Shown: positions 25,960 to 38,789 of the stretch, in pieces
Layout of the letters: each line of letters starts with the position of its first letter
Position numbering within the stretch: position 1 is the stretch's first letter
Made by a program: the position numbers and the translations under genes
Assembly (NCBI GenBank): GCA_034780895.1
Contig: JAUZTB010000033.1
Span: forward strand, 35,458,918 to 35,522,917
Direction: 5' to 3'
Origin: Rhynchobatus australiae
Taxonomy: Eukaryota
DNA length: 64,000 nt
The notes under the pieces: model-generated
What the model was told of the DNA's origin: nothing
Seen by the model: the letters and a program-made list of their open reading frames with translations, nothing else
Databases searched by the model: none

Positions 25960-26965
25960 CTGGCTAATAGGGAATGTTGAATTCCCAGTCCTGCCCTTCT
26001 TTCCTCAAAGTCTTCTTGATAGCAAAGATATCATATTGCTAATCAACACTCTCAGCTCATCTGCTTTGCTAGTCAGACTCCTTGCATTAAAATAGACGCA
26101 ATCTAGCTTCCCATGTGCCTTATTGTGCTTGTTTATACTCTGCAGATTGGACTGACTTGTTTTCCATATATATTTGACTGTACCCCTACCCAATAGCACT
26201 AGCAAATCTCCCCATTAGGATGTTGGACTTGTTCCCGTTCCACTGCAGCCTATGCAGGTCCAACCTTCTCCAGATATGGTGCCAGTGATCTAGAAATCAA
26301 AAGATCTCCCTCGTATACCATCTTTAGTGATACATTCATCTGACCTGTCTTTCAATTTCTTTACTTGCTAGCACCTGGCACCAGGCATAATCCAGAAATG
26401 ATAGAGAAACAAAGGACTGCAGATGTTAGAATCTAGATGAAAAACACTATGATGCTGGAGGAACTCAGCAGGCCAGGCAGCATCCGTGGAGAAAAGCAGA
26501 CGGTCAACATTTTGGGTCAGGACCCTTCNNNNNNNNNNNNNNNNNNNNNNNNNNNNNNNNNNNNNNNNNNNNNNNNNNNNNNNNNNNNNNNNNNNNNNNN
26601 NNNNNNNNNNNNNNNNNNNNNNNNNNNNGACGGTCAACATTTTGGGTCAGGACCCTTCAAGTGCCTGCTTTTCTCCACAGATGCTGCTGGGCCTGCTGAG
26701 TTCCTCCAGCATCATAGTGTTTTTCATCCAGAAATGAAATGATAACCGTAAAGAGATCCTGCTCTTTAATCTACTACTTAGTTCCCTAAATTCATATTGC
26801 ACTATAGTGTCTCCAGTCAGCACTCAAGCTCTGAAACCCAGCACTCAAGCTAGCCAAACCAGAGACACCTCCTGAAGAGTAGTCATCCAGACTACAAGCA
26901 GCGTCTCAGAATTCCCACATGCTGTAAGCCATACAACATGCTGGACTGGTATCCACTGCCATCCC
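25960..26965 (-). mobile_element. CR1 ORF1 to ORF2 (APE endonuclease start) fragment
   Basis: LDCVYFNARSLTSKADELRVLI is the APE N-terminus; esterase-region DNA flanks the nested fold-back; a MWE motif of the ORF1 zinc finger lies near 26915. Confidence 0.75.
26402..26725. mobile_element. Young Penelope-derived fold-back element nested in CR1
   Basis: Near-perfect inverted arms (gaaaaacactatgatgctggaggaactcagcaggcc / ggcctgctgagttcctccagcatcatagtgtttttc); flanking direct repeat atccagaaatga. Confidence 0.85.
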
Positions 26966-29952
26966 TTTAATTGGAAAGGGCTACTCAAAGTGCAATCTGT
27001 TTTCTGTTCCCATACTGAACTATATCGAAGTGAAAGTACACAATGACCACCTACTTGACTGGTACCAATATCAAACTGTCTAACCAAAGGTCAGTGTTTA
27101 GAAGTTCCCACAGACCCTTATCACTGAAGCCCTGTCACTCACCAAAGCCTGTACTTGGAGACCATTGTACACCACAGATTGCAAAGCCTTTTTGGTTTCT
27201 TTCTCTCATTGCTCCTTTTTCTGACTGTACCCAGCAAGAATTCCAGCCATGCATCATTAGCCCTTTTTCCAATCAGCATCCATCATAAGCACCTCAAATT
27301 TTCACTTCTGGATTGTTCCTTCAAATATAGATAGTTGTGCCATACTCCATGCCCATCTTAGAGATATAAATCTGGAAACCAAAGTTAATTGCTGCAATTT
27401 AGTTGCAATGACACTTCCCATCTACTCAGTTGATTTCATGGTTTCTTGCACTCAGTTCCTCATTACCCCTCCTCCCTCATCCTGTGGACCCCATTCCACT
27501 CCACTCAGAATAATATCAGGGAATGCAAAGACAAACAGAGCCACTATGGTCTGTTAAGTAAGAGAACAGAAACTTTCAAGTCTGTTATAGTTAGGATGTA
27601 AAGAACACTCTGCACTGTTAGAGGGAATAAGAGCCTTCATATATCTGATGTAGTGATGAAAGTCCAGTTGAGGAGAGTAGTAAAGGAACATGAGGAAGAG
27701 CTCTCTGGATTAGGTGATACAGAGCGTGAAACCTATTTGTGCAGAAAGAAACTCACAGGCTACACACTTGGGATCATTTTGATTATGGGTATGATCACAG
27801 CCAATCTTGTCCTTAGCTCACGCAGTGCAGTAAAGAGTTCAGTGATTGGTGATCAGAAGCTAAATTTTCCTTCAACAAACTAGAAAATGAGGATAATAAT
27901 AGCCAGACCCCAGTGACTTGTTACTGCTAATTGTTAATTCAGTTTCAAATCAAACTCACCAACAGGAATTGTCACTATCCCTTTAAAAAGGAGACTGATG
28001 TGAAAACAAGGGGCGATGCAGCCCCTCACATAGTACTCATTGTTGGTTATAGCACAATGTGTGTACACACAACAAGATCTTGCTTTCTGCTGAACAGTTC
28101 CCCATCAGNNNNNNNNNNNNNNNNNNNNNNNNNNNNNNNNNNNNNNNNNNNNNNNNNNNNNNNNNNNNNNNNNNNNNNNNNNNNNNNNNNNNNNNNNNNN
28201 NNNNNNNNCCCATCAGAAGCCAATTGCAATGGGTTTATTATACACCCTTGGCCAGCTGCATTCCTTGGAGACTCCTGCAAATGCAGAAGGCTTGTCAGCA
28301 AACTGAACAATAAGCTGCTGCTCTCATTGTTTTATGTCCAGAAAATGTTCATGTTTGAGAACTGATCTGTCCTTTCAAGCCTGGGCTGAATCATTGCAAC
28401 CTTTGTCTGTTCGTTCTAGTTTGCTAACACAATACACCACGGGTAAATGTTGCTAATTCACTCCTGCCTGGCCCTTGCTATGTGTTTAGTCCACACATCT
28501 CAGCATCAGTTCTTCTGTGGTTTTAATCCTCCAGGTAAAATAAAACAAATGATTCACTTCTTCCAGGTGGGGTGGTTGGAAAGTCCAAGATTAATGCTAC
28601 AAGGCAAATACAGAAATCAAAATTTTAAAGGGTTTGATATGGATTTGTGATTTGAAACTGAACTGAGATAACAGCACCTTGCTGTACATAGATGCTCTTT
28701 ACACTTATTAATTTGTATTATGAAGAGGTTTTAATAACCATTTTGATATGTTACAATTTAATATAAAGTAAGAAACATTCCCCTTTTAGTGTACAAAGCA
28801 TTGGTTCAGCCGCTGGGTGGGATTTTCACATCTGCAGCAATCAATCAGGTGGAGGGTGGCAATGCCTGGCAGCTGGTTGGTGACATGAGGGTACTACCTG
28901 TGTGATATTGATGGATGGATCCTATTAGATTAGCTATGACCAACATGTAAAGTACTTCTAAAAAGCAGCTCCCCAGTTAGGAGATGGAAAACATGGTACT
29001 TATGTGACTGCAGATACGTACATATTAGAGAGGAGAGGGTGAGTAGAGATCAGTAAGACTGTGTGTCATCTGGAAAGTGGGCTTATTTGCTGTGGATAGT
29101 CAATAGGTACCAAGACAAGCCAGTGAATGGGGATGGAATGAAGGGCCATTAAAAGTCATTCAGTGAACAACGCCACCAATGGCTAACCGTGGCGTCAAAT
29201 GAAATGCTTCATTTTTGAATTATTCAATTCTTAGTATATTGAGTTTCCAAATTTCTCTGACCTGAAAGAAATGAAATCTTCTCACCCATTGAACCCCTTT
29301 ATGAACCCAATATTCCATGCATACCTGTTAACTCTTTATTTCTCCCTTCTTTGCGGCACACAGGGTGACTTTGAGATAAAAATAAATTATCCCAGTGTGA
29401 TCAAATTTGGCCCTCTCACATGGTGGATAATGTTGGGCCTGATCATGGTGATCCTAGCCTGCATTTTGCACTAAACCTTTGCTGCCGAGCAGTTCCCAAC
29501 ACACTGCCAACATCACTATCACAGCCATTCCATGGTACGCACTGGGTTATGAGTGCAACCACAACTCGGCAAGTGGATGGTAAAGCCCTGTCAAGGGGCT
29601 GTCCTGATGGCCTCTGAAAGCTGGTGCTGGTAAAGGCCTTTTCACTGTTTTCAAATGAATCTCTCGATCAGAGACATTTGGAAACTGGAAAAAAAATATT
29701 TAGGAAGTAAACATTATGAAGAGTAAAAGAAATTAAAAGTGATGAACTTATTTAAAAACATGTGAAACTGCTGCTTATTAGTTATGAACATGAAATAATA
29801 AATGAAAAATATATCAAAACGTTACCTAAACTTACCTTGTAAATGAAGGCCAGCAATCCCATTCAAATGAATACACCAACTGTGGCTAATGTAGAGCTGA
29901 AGGGCAGAGCCACTTGGCTCCCATAGCTATATGACCTCCGTGTTACACTGCG

Positions 29953-30069
29953 CAGGTGCGGAGGTTTGAAACACACTGATATGCATACTTCAGTTAGCTG
30001 GCAGTTCTCTGTGGATACATCAGCAGTTGTTTGTGCGTTCCACACTAATGTAGAGAGTCAGAAGGGTCA
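29953..30069. repeat. Dispersed repeat copy A (paralog at 31737-31851), possibly a LINE 5' region on the minus strand
   Basis: Shared caggtgcggaggt.tg.aacac..tacttca..agctggcag.tctctgtgg..taatgtag. Confidence 0.65.
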
Positions 30070-30264
30070 TACCTTGTTTAAAAGTCTGGTTATCTAGACT
30101 GACTAAGAGATCAGAGTGTTTTTAATTTGGAAAAAAATGTTCAAATTAATTTGTTTGAGCTCTTAGAATATTCAAAAATTTCATTCAAGTTAATAGGCCA
30201 GTTGAATTAGAGTGGAGCAGGGAACATTACAAAAGAACAAACCTCTGTTCCCTGCTAGAAGTAT

Positions 30265-30570
30265 CTTGCATTTTATAACATGTCTCAAAGCACTTTTAAT
30301 GTACTGGTGTAATTTAAGAAATTTGAATGTCAGTTAATGCCAGCAACCTCCTATAAACAGCAATGGACAATGGCCAGACCTGTTTTTTGTAGTGCTATTG
30401 ATTGAGAGGCAAACATTGGCCAGGACACTGGAGAGCTAGAAGGTCTATTATGTCCATCTGGGGAAGCTGATTGGGCCTTGACTTAAGAACACTGCCACAA
30501 GATAGCACCTCCAACATGTTACATTCTTGTGCTGCATTGGATTGCCAGCCTAGACTTTGTGCTCAAATTT
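30265..30570 (-). mobile_element. Deu-domain SINE (AmnSINE1/SacSINE1-like)
   Basis: attggccaggacactggagag...gcacctccaaca...cagcctagactttgtgctcaa matches the Deu-domain reverse complement. Confidence 0.7.
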
Positions 30571-31235
30571 CAAGTTAGGATTTCTTTACACAGAAGAGAG
30601 ACTTCCTGGCAGAAGGTTTTTGCTCTGGAATAAGTTACCAGCACACTTACCATAATACTTTTTTCCTGAAGGCATTAATCGTGAAAGAACAGAAAACATA
30701 TAGAATGTAGATGTTCAGAGGGTGATGTATCATTCAGTCACTGTCAACTTAGAAGCTTGTGTTGTCTATTTTTAAAAAATCTGTTTGTTGCCTCTCTTGA
30801 GAGATTATCATGCTGCTTATATGAAGAAAGAGGGAGGGAATCAAATAAATGGTGTGAAATTGCAGCATTCTCGGATAGGACATACGTGATGGAACAGCTG
30901 GTCTTTTCTTGTTTTTCATATGTTCACATTCTCATTTGGGCCCACACTCATGGCTCCTAAAACAAGCAGCTGCGAATTTAAGTAAGCAGTGGTTGTGTCT
31001 CGCATTGATACAGTAGCTTGCCTATGGACCACATTGATTTTTTTATGTAATCCTGGTTGAGTTGATACCTGCACTAATCCACCATTTCAATGTGCGTCAT
31101 TGTTTTTTTTCTTATGGAAATATCCTTCATATTTCATTTTCCAGGCTCTTTTGGAGTCCAGGATCTTGGCCACTGCACAGGTCATCCTAAACTAGAATCT
31201 TTCCCCACCTAATTGTGTAATATACAACAGGGAAA

Positions 31236-31531
31236 AGATAAGATACCTTTATTAGTCACATGTACATCAAAACACACAGTGAATTGCATCTTTTGCACAG
31301 GGTGTTCTGGGGGCAGCCCACAAGTGTCTCCATGCTTCCGTCACCAACATAGCATGCCCACAACTTTCTAACCTGTACGTCTTTGGAATGTGGGAGGAAA
31401 CCGAAGCACCTGGAGGAAACCCACACAGACACTGGGAGAACGTACAAACTCCTTACGGACAGCAGTTGGAATTGAACCTGGGTCATTGGTGATGTAATAA
31501 TGTTACACTAACTGCTACACTACCGTGTCTG
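31236..31531 (-). mobile_element. Full-length tRNA-derived V-SINE with Rex/Babar-like tail
   Basis: tRNA-like head (rc ggtagtgtagcagttag; caggttcaattcc), V-domain (gtctttggaatgtgggaggaaaccg) and tail tttattagtcacatgtacatc. Confidence 0.88.
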
Positions 31532-31559
31532 CTGGCATACCTCTTTGTTGAAAATATCC

Positions 31560-31725
31560 CTAGCCAGAATCATTAACTGCACACTCCATTTAAGCTTCCT
31601 CCTGAGATGCCCTACTTCAGTGTTTGCAAAATCAAGAAATTAAATGGCCATGAAGCAGCAAAGGCCTTGGTCCCCAACAATGATCAAGATAGAGTGCCAG
31701 AAGGCTTGTGCTCCAAATTGGTAAC
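31560..31725 (+). mobile_element. CR1/L2-group ORF2 fragment
   Basis: KKLNGHEAAKALVPNN..ACAPNW resembles the KAMGPDNI..KTCAPEL pre-RT motif. Confidence 0.5.
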
Positions 31726-31736
31726 GTAGGACCATT

Positions 31737-31851
31737 CAGGTGCGGAGGTCTGGAACACGTTGTGTGTACTTCAACCAGCTGGCAGATCTCTGTGGGATCA
31801 CCAGTTTGTTGTCAGTGTATTCCAGTGTAATGTAGGGGGCCCGTAGGCTCA
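31737..31851. repeat. Dispersed repeat copy B (paralog of 29953-30069)
   Basis: About 70% identity by eye over about 115 bp, same orientation. Confidence 0.65.
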
Positions 31852-32719
31852 GTCCTGAGCACAGTCATAGAAAAAGAAGAAATGGCAGAAAAAAAGGACT
31901 GCAGCCACCGCAGAGCTACAAAGGGAACACATGCAAGTCACACATTATAAATCATAAGTCCCGGTGGGGTTCAGCTGAGAGAAGCTCAGGCAGGGGATAT
32001 ATTAAATGGAAGGGTAGAAGAGGGCACAGATCTAATCGAAGGTGGCTTTAGGATCCTGTGAGTCTAGTTGAGGAAATCGGGTGTGTGGGTGGAGCTGTGA
32101 TTGGATGTAGGCAAGGTCATGGTTCAGTGGTAGGCAGGGGTTAAAGTCAGGCACACATTTGAGCCAAGATTTAGTGGTAGGAAGTCCAAAGATTTTTTGC
32201 AGTATGGGAGAGCTGGGATAAGGACTAAATATAATATACACAGCCTCACAGTACAAGGATCTGTGCACTAGATTCCATGGCCACACATCAATCCAGCTGC
32301 ACAGAACCAGGTCTCATCTGGCTCCTGAAGGCCTGCTTCAATGAGCCCTAAATGCACAAATTAATTTTGCATGGGTGTTGTCAAAACTTGTGCTGTATGC
32401 TGTTTACATCACTGCGCTTGCCTGGATCCCTCCATGCACTAGTCTGTTACACATACAGAAAATCCTCAACAAAATTTCCCATCTACGTGACTTATGCAGT
32501 AAAGGCATGATAGTAATTAGCAATTTTAAAATTCCTTTGTGCAGCAGACAAAGCTTTGCACCACATGAAATCAGTTTGAGACAATAATATGGTAAATACC
32601 TATCAACGATGGTCAAGTAAACAGTATACATGAACAAGAGGAAGGTAGAGAACAACTATTAAAGAAAAGGAACTGGTTCTGAAAGCAAGACACAGAACTA
32701 AAAGTTAAGAAGTCCTTGA

Positions 32720-33480
32720 ATCTTGATAGTTTCTGCACTAGGCTACACAATGAAGTCAGAGGGGGAAAGAAATCCCCAACCTAATTTTTCAGATTTTCTT
32801 AGGCATGAGCAATATGCCAGGGGCTGCAAAGTACCCAGTAGCAACACAAAGAATAGTAAACGGGTAATTGTAATGAGGTTGGTTTCATGTTAGTTGTGAG
32901 TAAACTCTTAAAGTTAAAAACTCATAATAGAATTACTGCACTGTTAGAATGTTCAACTTAATCAAAGGTAGTAAGCACAGACATGTAAAAGGTAATAAAG
33001 TGAATCACGGGCACTTTGTTCGAAAAAGTTTAGGCATATGTCTTGAGCAAGTGGAGCAGTGTGGATAAAAAGCTGGCCAGGCAGTAAAGAATGAGTTAAT
33101 GGGTGTTAATCTGGGAAAAAGCTGTAGTGATGTACGCCAGGTCCATTTCTTTCTCCTATTCTCTCTTCCTTAGGAACATTATATTCAAATTCACTGCTAA
33201 CACCAAAGTAGGACTGAAGCAAATGTAGTTTAGCAAAAGGGGCAGACAGATGGCAAGTGCTCTTCACACGGAGGAGTATTACAGTAAAAAACTTTGGAAT
33301 CTGTGCCTGTTAAAAAGAGGCTGAATGATATAGGTGAACAGAAAGAAGCAGGTGCTAAAATACAGCATTCCTTACAGATGCAGATAGAAAAAAAGCTGGT
33401 AACATTTTGAGTTTTATGAGTTGGGGATAAGGAATGGAGATAATGTAAGGATGATAAATCTACACGAGTCTATGGTTAAC
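32720..33480 (+). mobile_element. Very degraded CR1 ORF2
   Basis: ttcaaattcactgctaacaccaaagtagga (KFADDTK-like) and ggggcagacagatggcaa (WADRWQ-like). Confidence 0.5.
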
Positions 33481-33552
33481 AATTGTTTAGTCTTTGGCAC
33501 AGAAATTAAAACAGGTAACTATATTTGTTGCTCAGGCATCCTTCTAAGGGTT

Positions 33553-33681
33553 CTGATGAAAGGTCGCAACCTGAACTGTTGACTGTCCATTTCCCTTCAT
33601 AGATGATGCCTGATCTGCTCAGTTCATCCAGCGCTTTGTGTGTTGCTCCAGATTTTCAGCATCTGCAGTCTCTTGTGTCTC
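33553..33681 (+). mobile_element. Single-arm Penelope-derived element starting at a hammerhead core, with a 17-bp flanking direct repeat
   Basis: CTGATGA-A-AGGT-cgca-ACCT-GAAC at 33553-33576; catccttctaagggttc at 33537-33553 and 33682-33698. Confidence 0.85.
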
Positions 33682-34833
33682 CATCCTTCTAAGGGTTCCA
33701 GTTTTAATACTTGCATAATGTGGATCAGCATCAATCAGTCATGAACATTGAATATCAGAAAACCAATAAATTTCAGTAACTCCATGAATAACAGGCCAAA
33801 CCTGTTAGGGAAATGTTCACATTTTAACAGGATATTTTTTACACTTATCTCCAGCAATTCCATTTTCCACATACAGTATATGCAATCTGTAATGGGAATA
33901 AGCACATCACTTAAAGCACTTCATAATCAGTTCAAACTTCTATGCCAACTCCATGTGATCACTTCAGAGTTCCCACAGCCTGCTTTATGAATTTGTCCAG
34001 TTTCAAGGCACTTTCTGTTTCCTTACCACTGTAACATCAGTTCTGAACCAACACTGATAACATCATTCTGTTACCTGTCAGGTCTTAGGAGTTCATGAAG
34101 AAACCCATTTGACCCTTAAAAAACTTGTGATTTTAACTGGATGTTCATTTCTACAACTCATGATCCTGTACACCTCTCCAATATTTCTGAAGACAGGTCA
34201 AAGAAATCAGCTACTGATTTCACAGTAAATTCAAAGTGATGGACTNNNNNNNNNNNNNNNNNNNNNNNNNNNNNNNNNNNNNNNNNNNNNNNNNNNNNNN
34301 NNNNNNNNNNNNNNNNNNNNNNNNNNNNNNNNNNNNNNNNNNNNNNNNNNNNNNNNNNNNNNNNNNNNNNNNNNNNNNNNNNNNNNNNNNNNNNNNNNNN
34401 NNNNNNNNNNNNNNNNNNNNNNNNNNNNNNNNNNNNNNNNNNNNNNNNNNNNNNNNNNNNNNNNNNNNNNNNNNNNNNNNNNNNNNNNNNNNNNNNNNNN
34501 NNNNNNNNNNNNNNNNNNNNNNNNNNNNNNNNNNNNNNNNNNNNNNNNNNNNNNNNNNNNNNNNNNNNNNNNNNNNNNNNNNNNNNNNNNNNNNNNNNNN
34601 NNNNNNNNNNNNNNNNNNNNNNNNNNNNNNNNNNNNNNNNNNNNNNNNNNNNNNNNNNNNNNNNNNNNNNNNNNNNNNNNNNNNNNNNNNNNNNNNNNNN
34701 NNNNNNNNNNNNNNNNNNNNNNNNNNNNNNNNNNNNNNNNNNNNNNNNNNNNNNNNNNNNNNNNNNNNNNNNNNNNNNNNNNNNNNNNNNNNNNNNNNNN
34801 NNNNNNNNNNNNNNNNNNNNNNNNNNNNNNNNN

Positions 34834-35930
34834 GCGAAAGGTGAACAAAGGGAGAAGAAACCAAGGTGGATGGGTGAGAGTGTATGGGAGGAGGACACTG
34901 GGGGTTTGGGTTACCTGAAATTGGAAAATTTCAAACTCAACCATGGGGTTATACGCATCCCAAGCGGAATATGAGTTGTCGTTCTTCCAACTTGCTTTTG
35001 GCCTCTCTATAGCAATGGAGAAGGTTGCGGACAGACAGTTCAGTGTGGGAGTGGGAAGGAAAACTAAAATGACATGCAACCAGAAGTTTGAGCTGGCCAG
35101 ATGAATTTGAGGGCAGGGTGGAAGTTGGTGGCAAAGGTAATGAAATTGACGAATTCCGCATGAGTGCAGGAAGCAGCACCGATGTGACGGAGAAAGAGTT
35201 TGTGGTGTGTACTGGAATAGGCTTGTCTCAAGAATAGTTTCACATAACCAACAAAAGGACAGGCCCATCCAAGTGCCCAGGGTTGCACCATTGATCTGCC
35301 AAAAATGAGAGGAATTGAAAGAATTGTTGAGGGTAAGGACAAGCTCTGCCAAGCGGATGAAAGTGTTAGTGGAGTGAAACTGGTTAGGTCTTTTTTCAGA
35401 ATAGAACCAGAGTTCCCTAAGACCTTCCTGATAGGGTTGGAGGTGTATAGAGACTGGACATGCATGGATAAATGAGCCAGTTGTGACGAGGGAATTTGAA
35501 GTTATCAAAATGGTGGAGGGCATGAGAGGTTCTCAGATGTAAGTGGGAAGGAACTGGACAATGGGCAACAGGATGGAGTCCAGGTATGAAGAAATGAGTT
35601 CAGTGGGGCAAGAGCAGGCAATGGGTCTATCATGGCAGTCCTGTTTAAGGACCTTAAGTAAGAGATGGAAGCAGGCAGTGTGAGGTTGGGGCACTACAAG
35701 GTTGGAGGATGCGGAGGGGAGATCTCCTCAAGGCAAGGCAATCAATGGCAATTAGAAATTAAAAGACAAAGAGAGGGTAAAAGGCCAGAAGGGGTAATCA
35801 ATGTGGAAGGGGAGTGCTGGGGGCCCGAGAATGGGTTGTCAGTAGGGGGTGAGGATTCCTTGATGAAGAAATGGGCACAGAGTTGAAGATGGCGGAAGAA
35901 GAGCTCAATATCGTGCTGGGCCTGGAACTC
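34834..35930 (-). mobile_element. Penelope-like element RT and GIY-YIG C-terminal fragment, internally deleted
   Basis: EFQAQHDIELFFRHL, VQSLYTS, IRLAELVLTLNN.F, FLRHIGAASC..FHPALKF, VACHF..SHSHTELSV..KLEERQLIFRLG. Confidence 0.88.
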
Positions 35931-36169
35931 ATAGAGCCTCCTATCCAGGCTAATTGAACATGACTGGGAACTGTATCACCACAAATTGGTCTAGAATTAT
36001 TGGCATGCATTCTAAAACTGCCACTTTTGTTAAGGTGGCCATATTTTGTGGTAATCATGTTTGGACTGATTTTTCTTTATTATATGTCTTGTGTCATCAA
36101 GGAGAAGAAGGATGGGTAGAGAGACACAGGGACATGATAACTTAAAAATAGGAGCGGGGCAAATCATAA

Positions 36170-36745
36170 TATCCCTCAAGCCTTCAGTCTCAAATACATT
36201 TTTCTGCCCAATCCTCACAGCCACTGATTCTCCTAAAATCCAAAAACCTGTCTATCTCAGTCTTAAATATTGTTCATGTCAGCATTCACAGCCCTTTGGA
36301 GCAGAGAATTCTGAAGAATCATAAACATGTTTGAAAAATATTGCACCTCATCTCACTCTTGAGGAGTCAGCCTCATATCCTGAGACTAGGACCACTTGTT
36401 TCTTAAATCTCACTAAAGTAAACATCCTCTCAGTGCCACAATGTCAAGCCACTCAGACTTGTATAAATTTCAGTTGATCACCTCTCATTCTTCCAAACTC
36501 CATTCAGGTCAATCTTTCCCCAAAAGACAACTCCTCATTCCAGTGAAGGTCGAGTGAACCTTTTGCTGCAATACCTCCAAGACATCTACATTTTTCTTGA
36601 CAGAAGGAGAAAACAACTGTACGCAATCCACCAACAGTGGTCTCACCACAGCTGAGGCAGTTGCAGCAAGACATCATTATTCTTGTACTCCATCCTTGTT
36701 GTAATAAACATCAACATTCCATTGGCCTTCTTAATTAATTGTACC
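36170..36745 (-). mobile_element. Degraded CR1 3' fragment
   Basis: cagttgatcacctctcattcttccaaactcc, aactgtacgcaatcc..gtggtctcacca and aacattccattggccttc match the CR1 reverse complement. Confidence 0.6.
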
Positions 36746-38789
36746 TGGCGACCCATGATGAAGGAACTCTAAGGTGGAATGGATCATGGATTGTCAACAG
36801 TTTTATTTGTACACAATGCTGTATGATGATGGTACAGATTATCCAGAATAATAGATACATAATATAAAGGTTAGTTAGGCTCTGTAACAGAAATCTTGGT
36901 TAATATTGCTAATTTGTAGAAACAATAGATATTTAAAATTTGAATCTGTCTTTCTCCAATACTGCTGTGTGCTTCTAGTATTTCTGTTTTGATTTGATTT
37001 CTAGCATTCTCAGATTTTCTTTTGATCTTTACTATTTAAATGTACTTGATTGTCTCCAGTTCTGCTTGTTGTGGTGTAACTGGGAAGCTCTTTGTCTACT
37101 TAACACAACCACATTCTTCGCTTTTTATTTTTTTATCTGTCCTCCTTTCAATTGGATGAAAAGAATCTATTGACCAGACAGCTTCCACTCAGATAATAAC
37201 ATATCTTTGAATTTCCAATTACTCCCAATTACTTCATAAGCTAAATGAAGCCTTTTTGACAACAGTGTGTTATTCCTTGTGCTGAATGTATGAATCCCGG
37301 GGTTGTCTGTGTTGTTCAATGATTGATTGGGGTTGGTAATGTGTGGCAGCCAACATGAATACATTAGACTCTGTCATACACACAAGACAGCTCAGATGAC
37401 TTTCTGTGGAGTTTTCAGCTGCCAAAACAATTATTTATTATTAAGGTTTGCAAATAAGCTCTCATGAGAACGTATACTAAGCAAACAAATGTAGGCCTTT
37501 GCCTTCAGTTTTGGAAACATTGCAGTAAAAGTATGATATGGCTTCATGTGGCCTTTAAAGAGACAGGCCACTGTGACAAACCTCCACCTTAGTAGCAGAC
37601 AGCTTTCTTCATTGTACCAACTTTAGTAACCAATTGAATCATCCTCATCAAGACTTCAACATTTCCTTCATTTACAAGTGAGTTAATGAGGAAAGATGAA
37701 GTAACAGCACTCTCCTCCTCGGTGTTATAATGACCTTGTGTAAGTTAACTCAAGAGACTGTTAGTGGAACGTTAAACCTTTGTTAAGGGATATTCTATAA
37801 AGACAGACATAGGTATCGATGCGGATTTATTTTATTTGTTCGATTTTAAATGTGCACATTCCCGGCAGAAATGGACACTTTCTGCTCTGCTCTGTGATGT
37901 GTTGGCCCCCGTGAATGAAAGTGGGCAGGAGAGAGATTGACAGGACACAAGAGATTTATGAATGAAGGTGTCAAGCTGAAGGATAAGGTTGAAATTGGTT
38001 GCAGAGTTAGGATCAGGTGATGTAATGGAAGATTGTAAATGAGCACAAAGGTCTTGACATCAGTGTGCAAGTCTGAAACCTCCATGTCCTTCAAGCAAGG
38101 ACAGGTGAGGAAGTGTTTTTAGTGAAGGTCACAAAGACATGAATGATAATTTTGGTGACAGTAGATTGCCAGAAATAGAAAAGCCAGCATTATTATGTCC
38201 TCGATGATTAATATACATCCATTCAGGCTGAGAGGAAGGACACCATAACTAAAATTATTTCATTCTGACAATAAAACCAATCAGAACATTATTAATAAAG
38301 TTGTGCCAGTTTACCACTGATCAATGAACTAACTATAAGAAATTATTCTTTGAATATTCTTCATCTGTGATTATGAAAATTATTTTAACAGATACTTTAT
38401 CTGCATTTCCACTGAAGTTTTTTTTTGAAAAAAAGTTGGAAACAACTTTTCAATTGTGGTTATAGCAGGTATTCAGCTCTATAGTACTTCAGATGGGTAG
38501 ACCTGAAACAAAAATGTATCAAAGAACACTGTTATAAAGTGCTTGGAAAGCCCTTTGGCTTGGTTGGTTGATTTTTTTTAAGTCATCTTTTTTTACTGAA
38601 AAGATTTTTAGTAGACAACACTTGGAATCTAAGCTCTGAATATCATTGATTCCTTCACTGGAGTTAATGAGAGGATGGCCTTACATTTAACCTCTGGGTG
38701 ACTGAGGTTCTTCACCAACTAGCCCCTGCAGTGCAACAATCTCCCCAATAATCATGACCCATAGTAAAGATCCAGTCATCGTGGATCAG

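Noticed and set aside
28300-28335. Inverted Sox pair AACAAT...ATTGTT
   Set aside because: Short motifs with atypical spacing, expected by chance in AT-rich DNA.
29831-29870. Minus-strand splice donor (AAG|GTAAGT) after MGLLAFIYK
   Set aside because: No acceptor or recognisable protein; upstream sequence is a dispersed repeat. A non-coding exon is not excluded.
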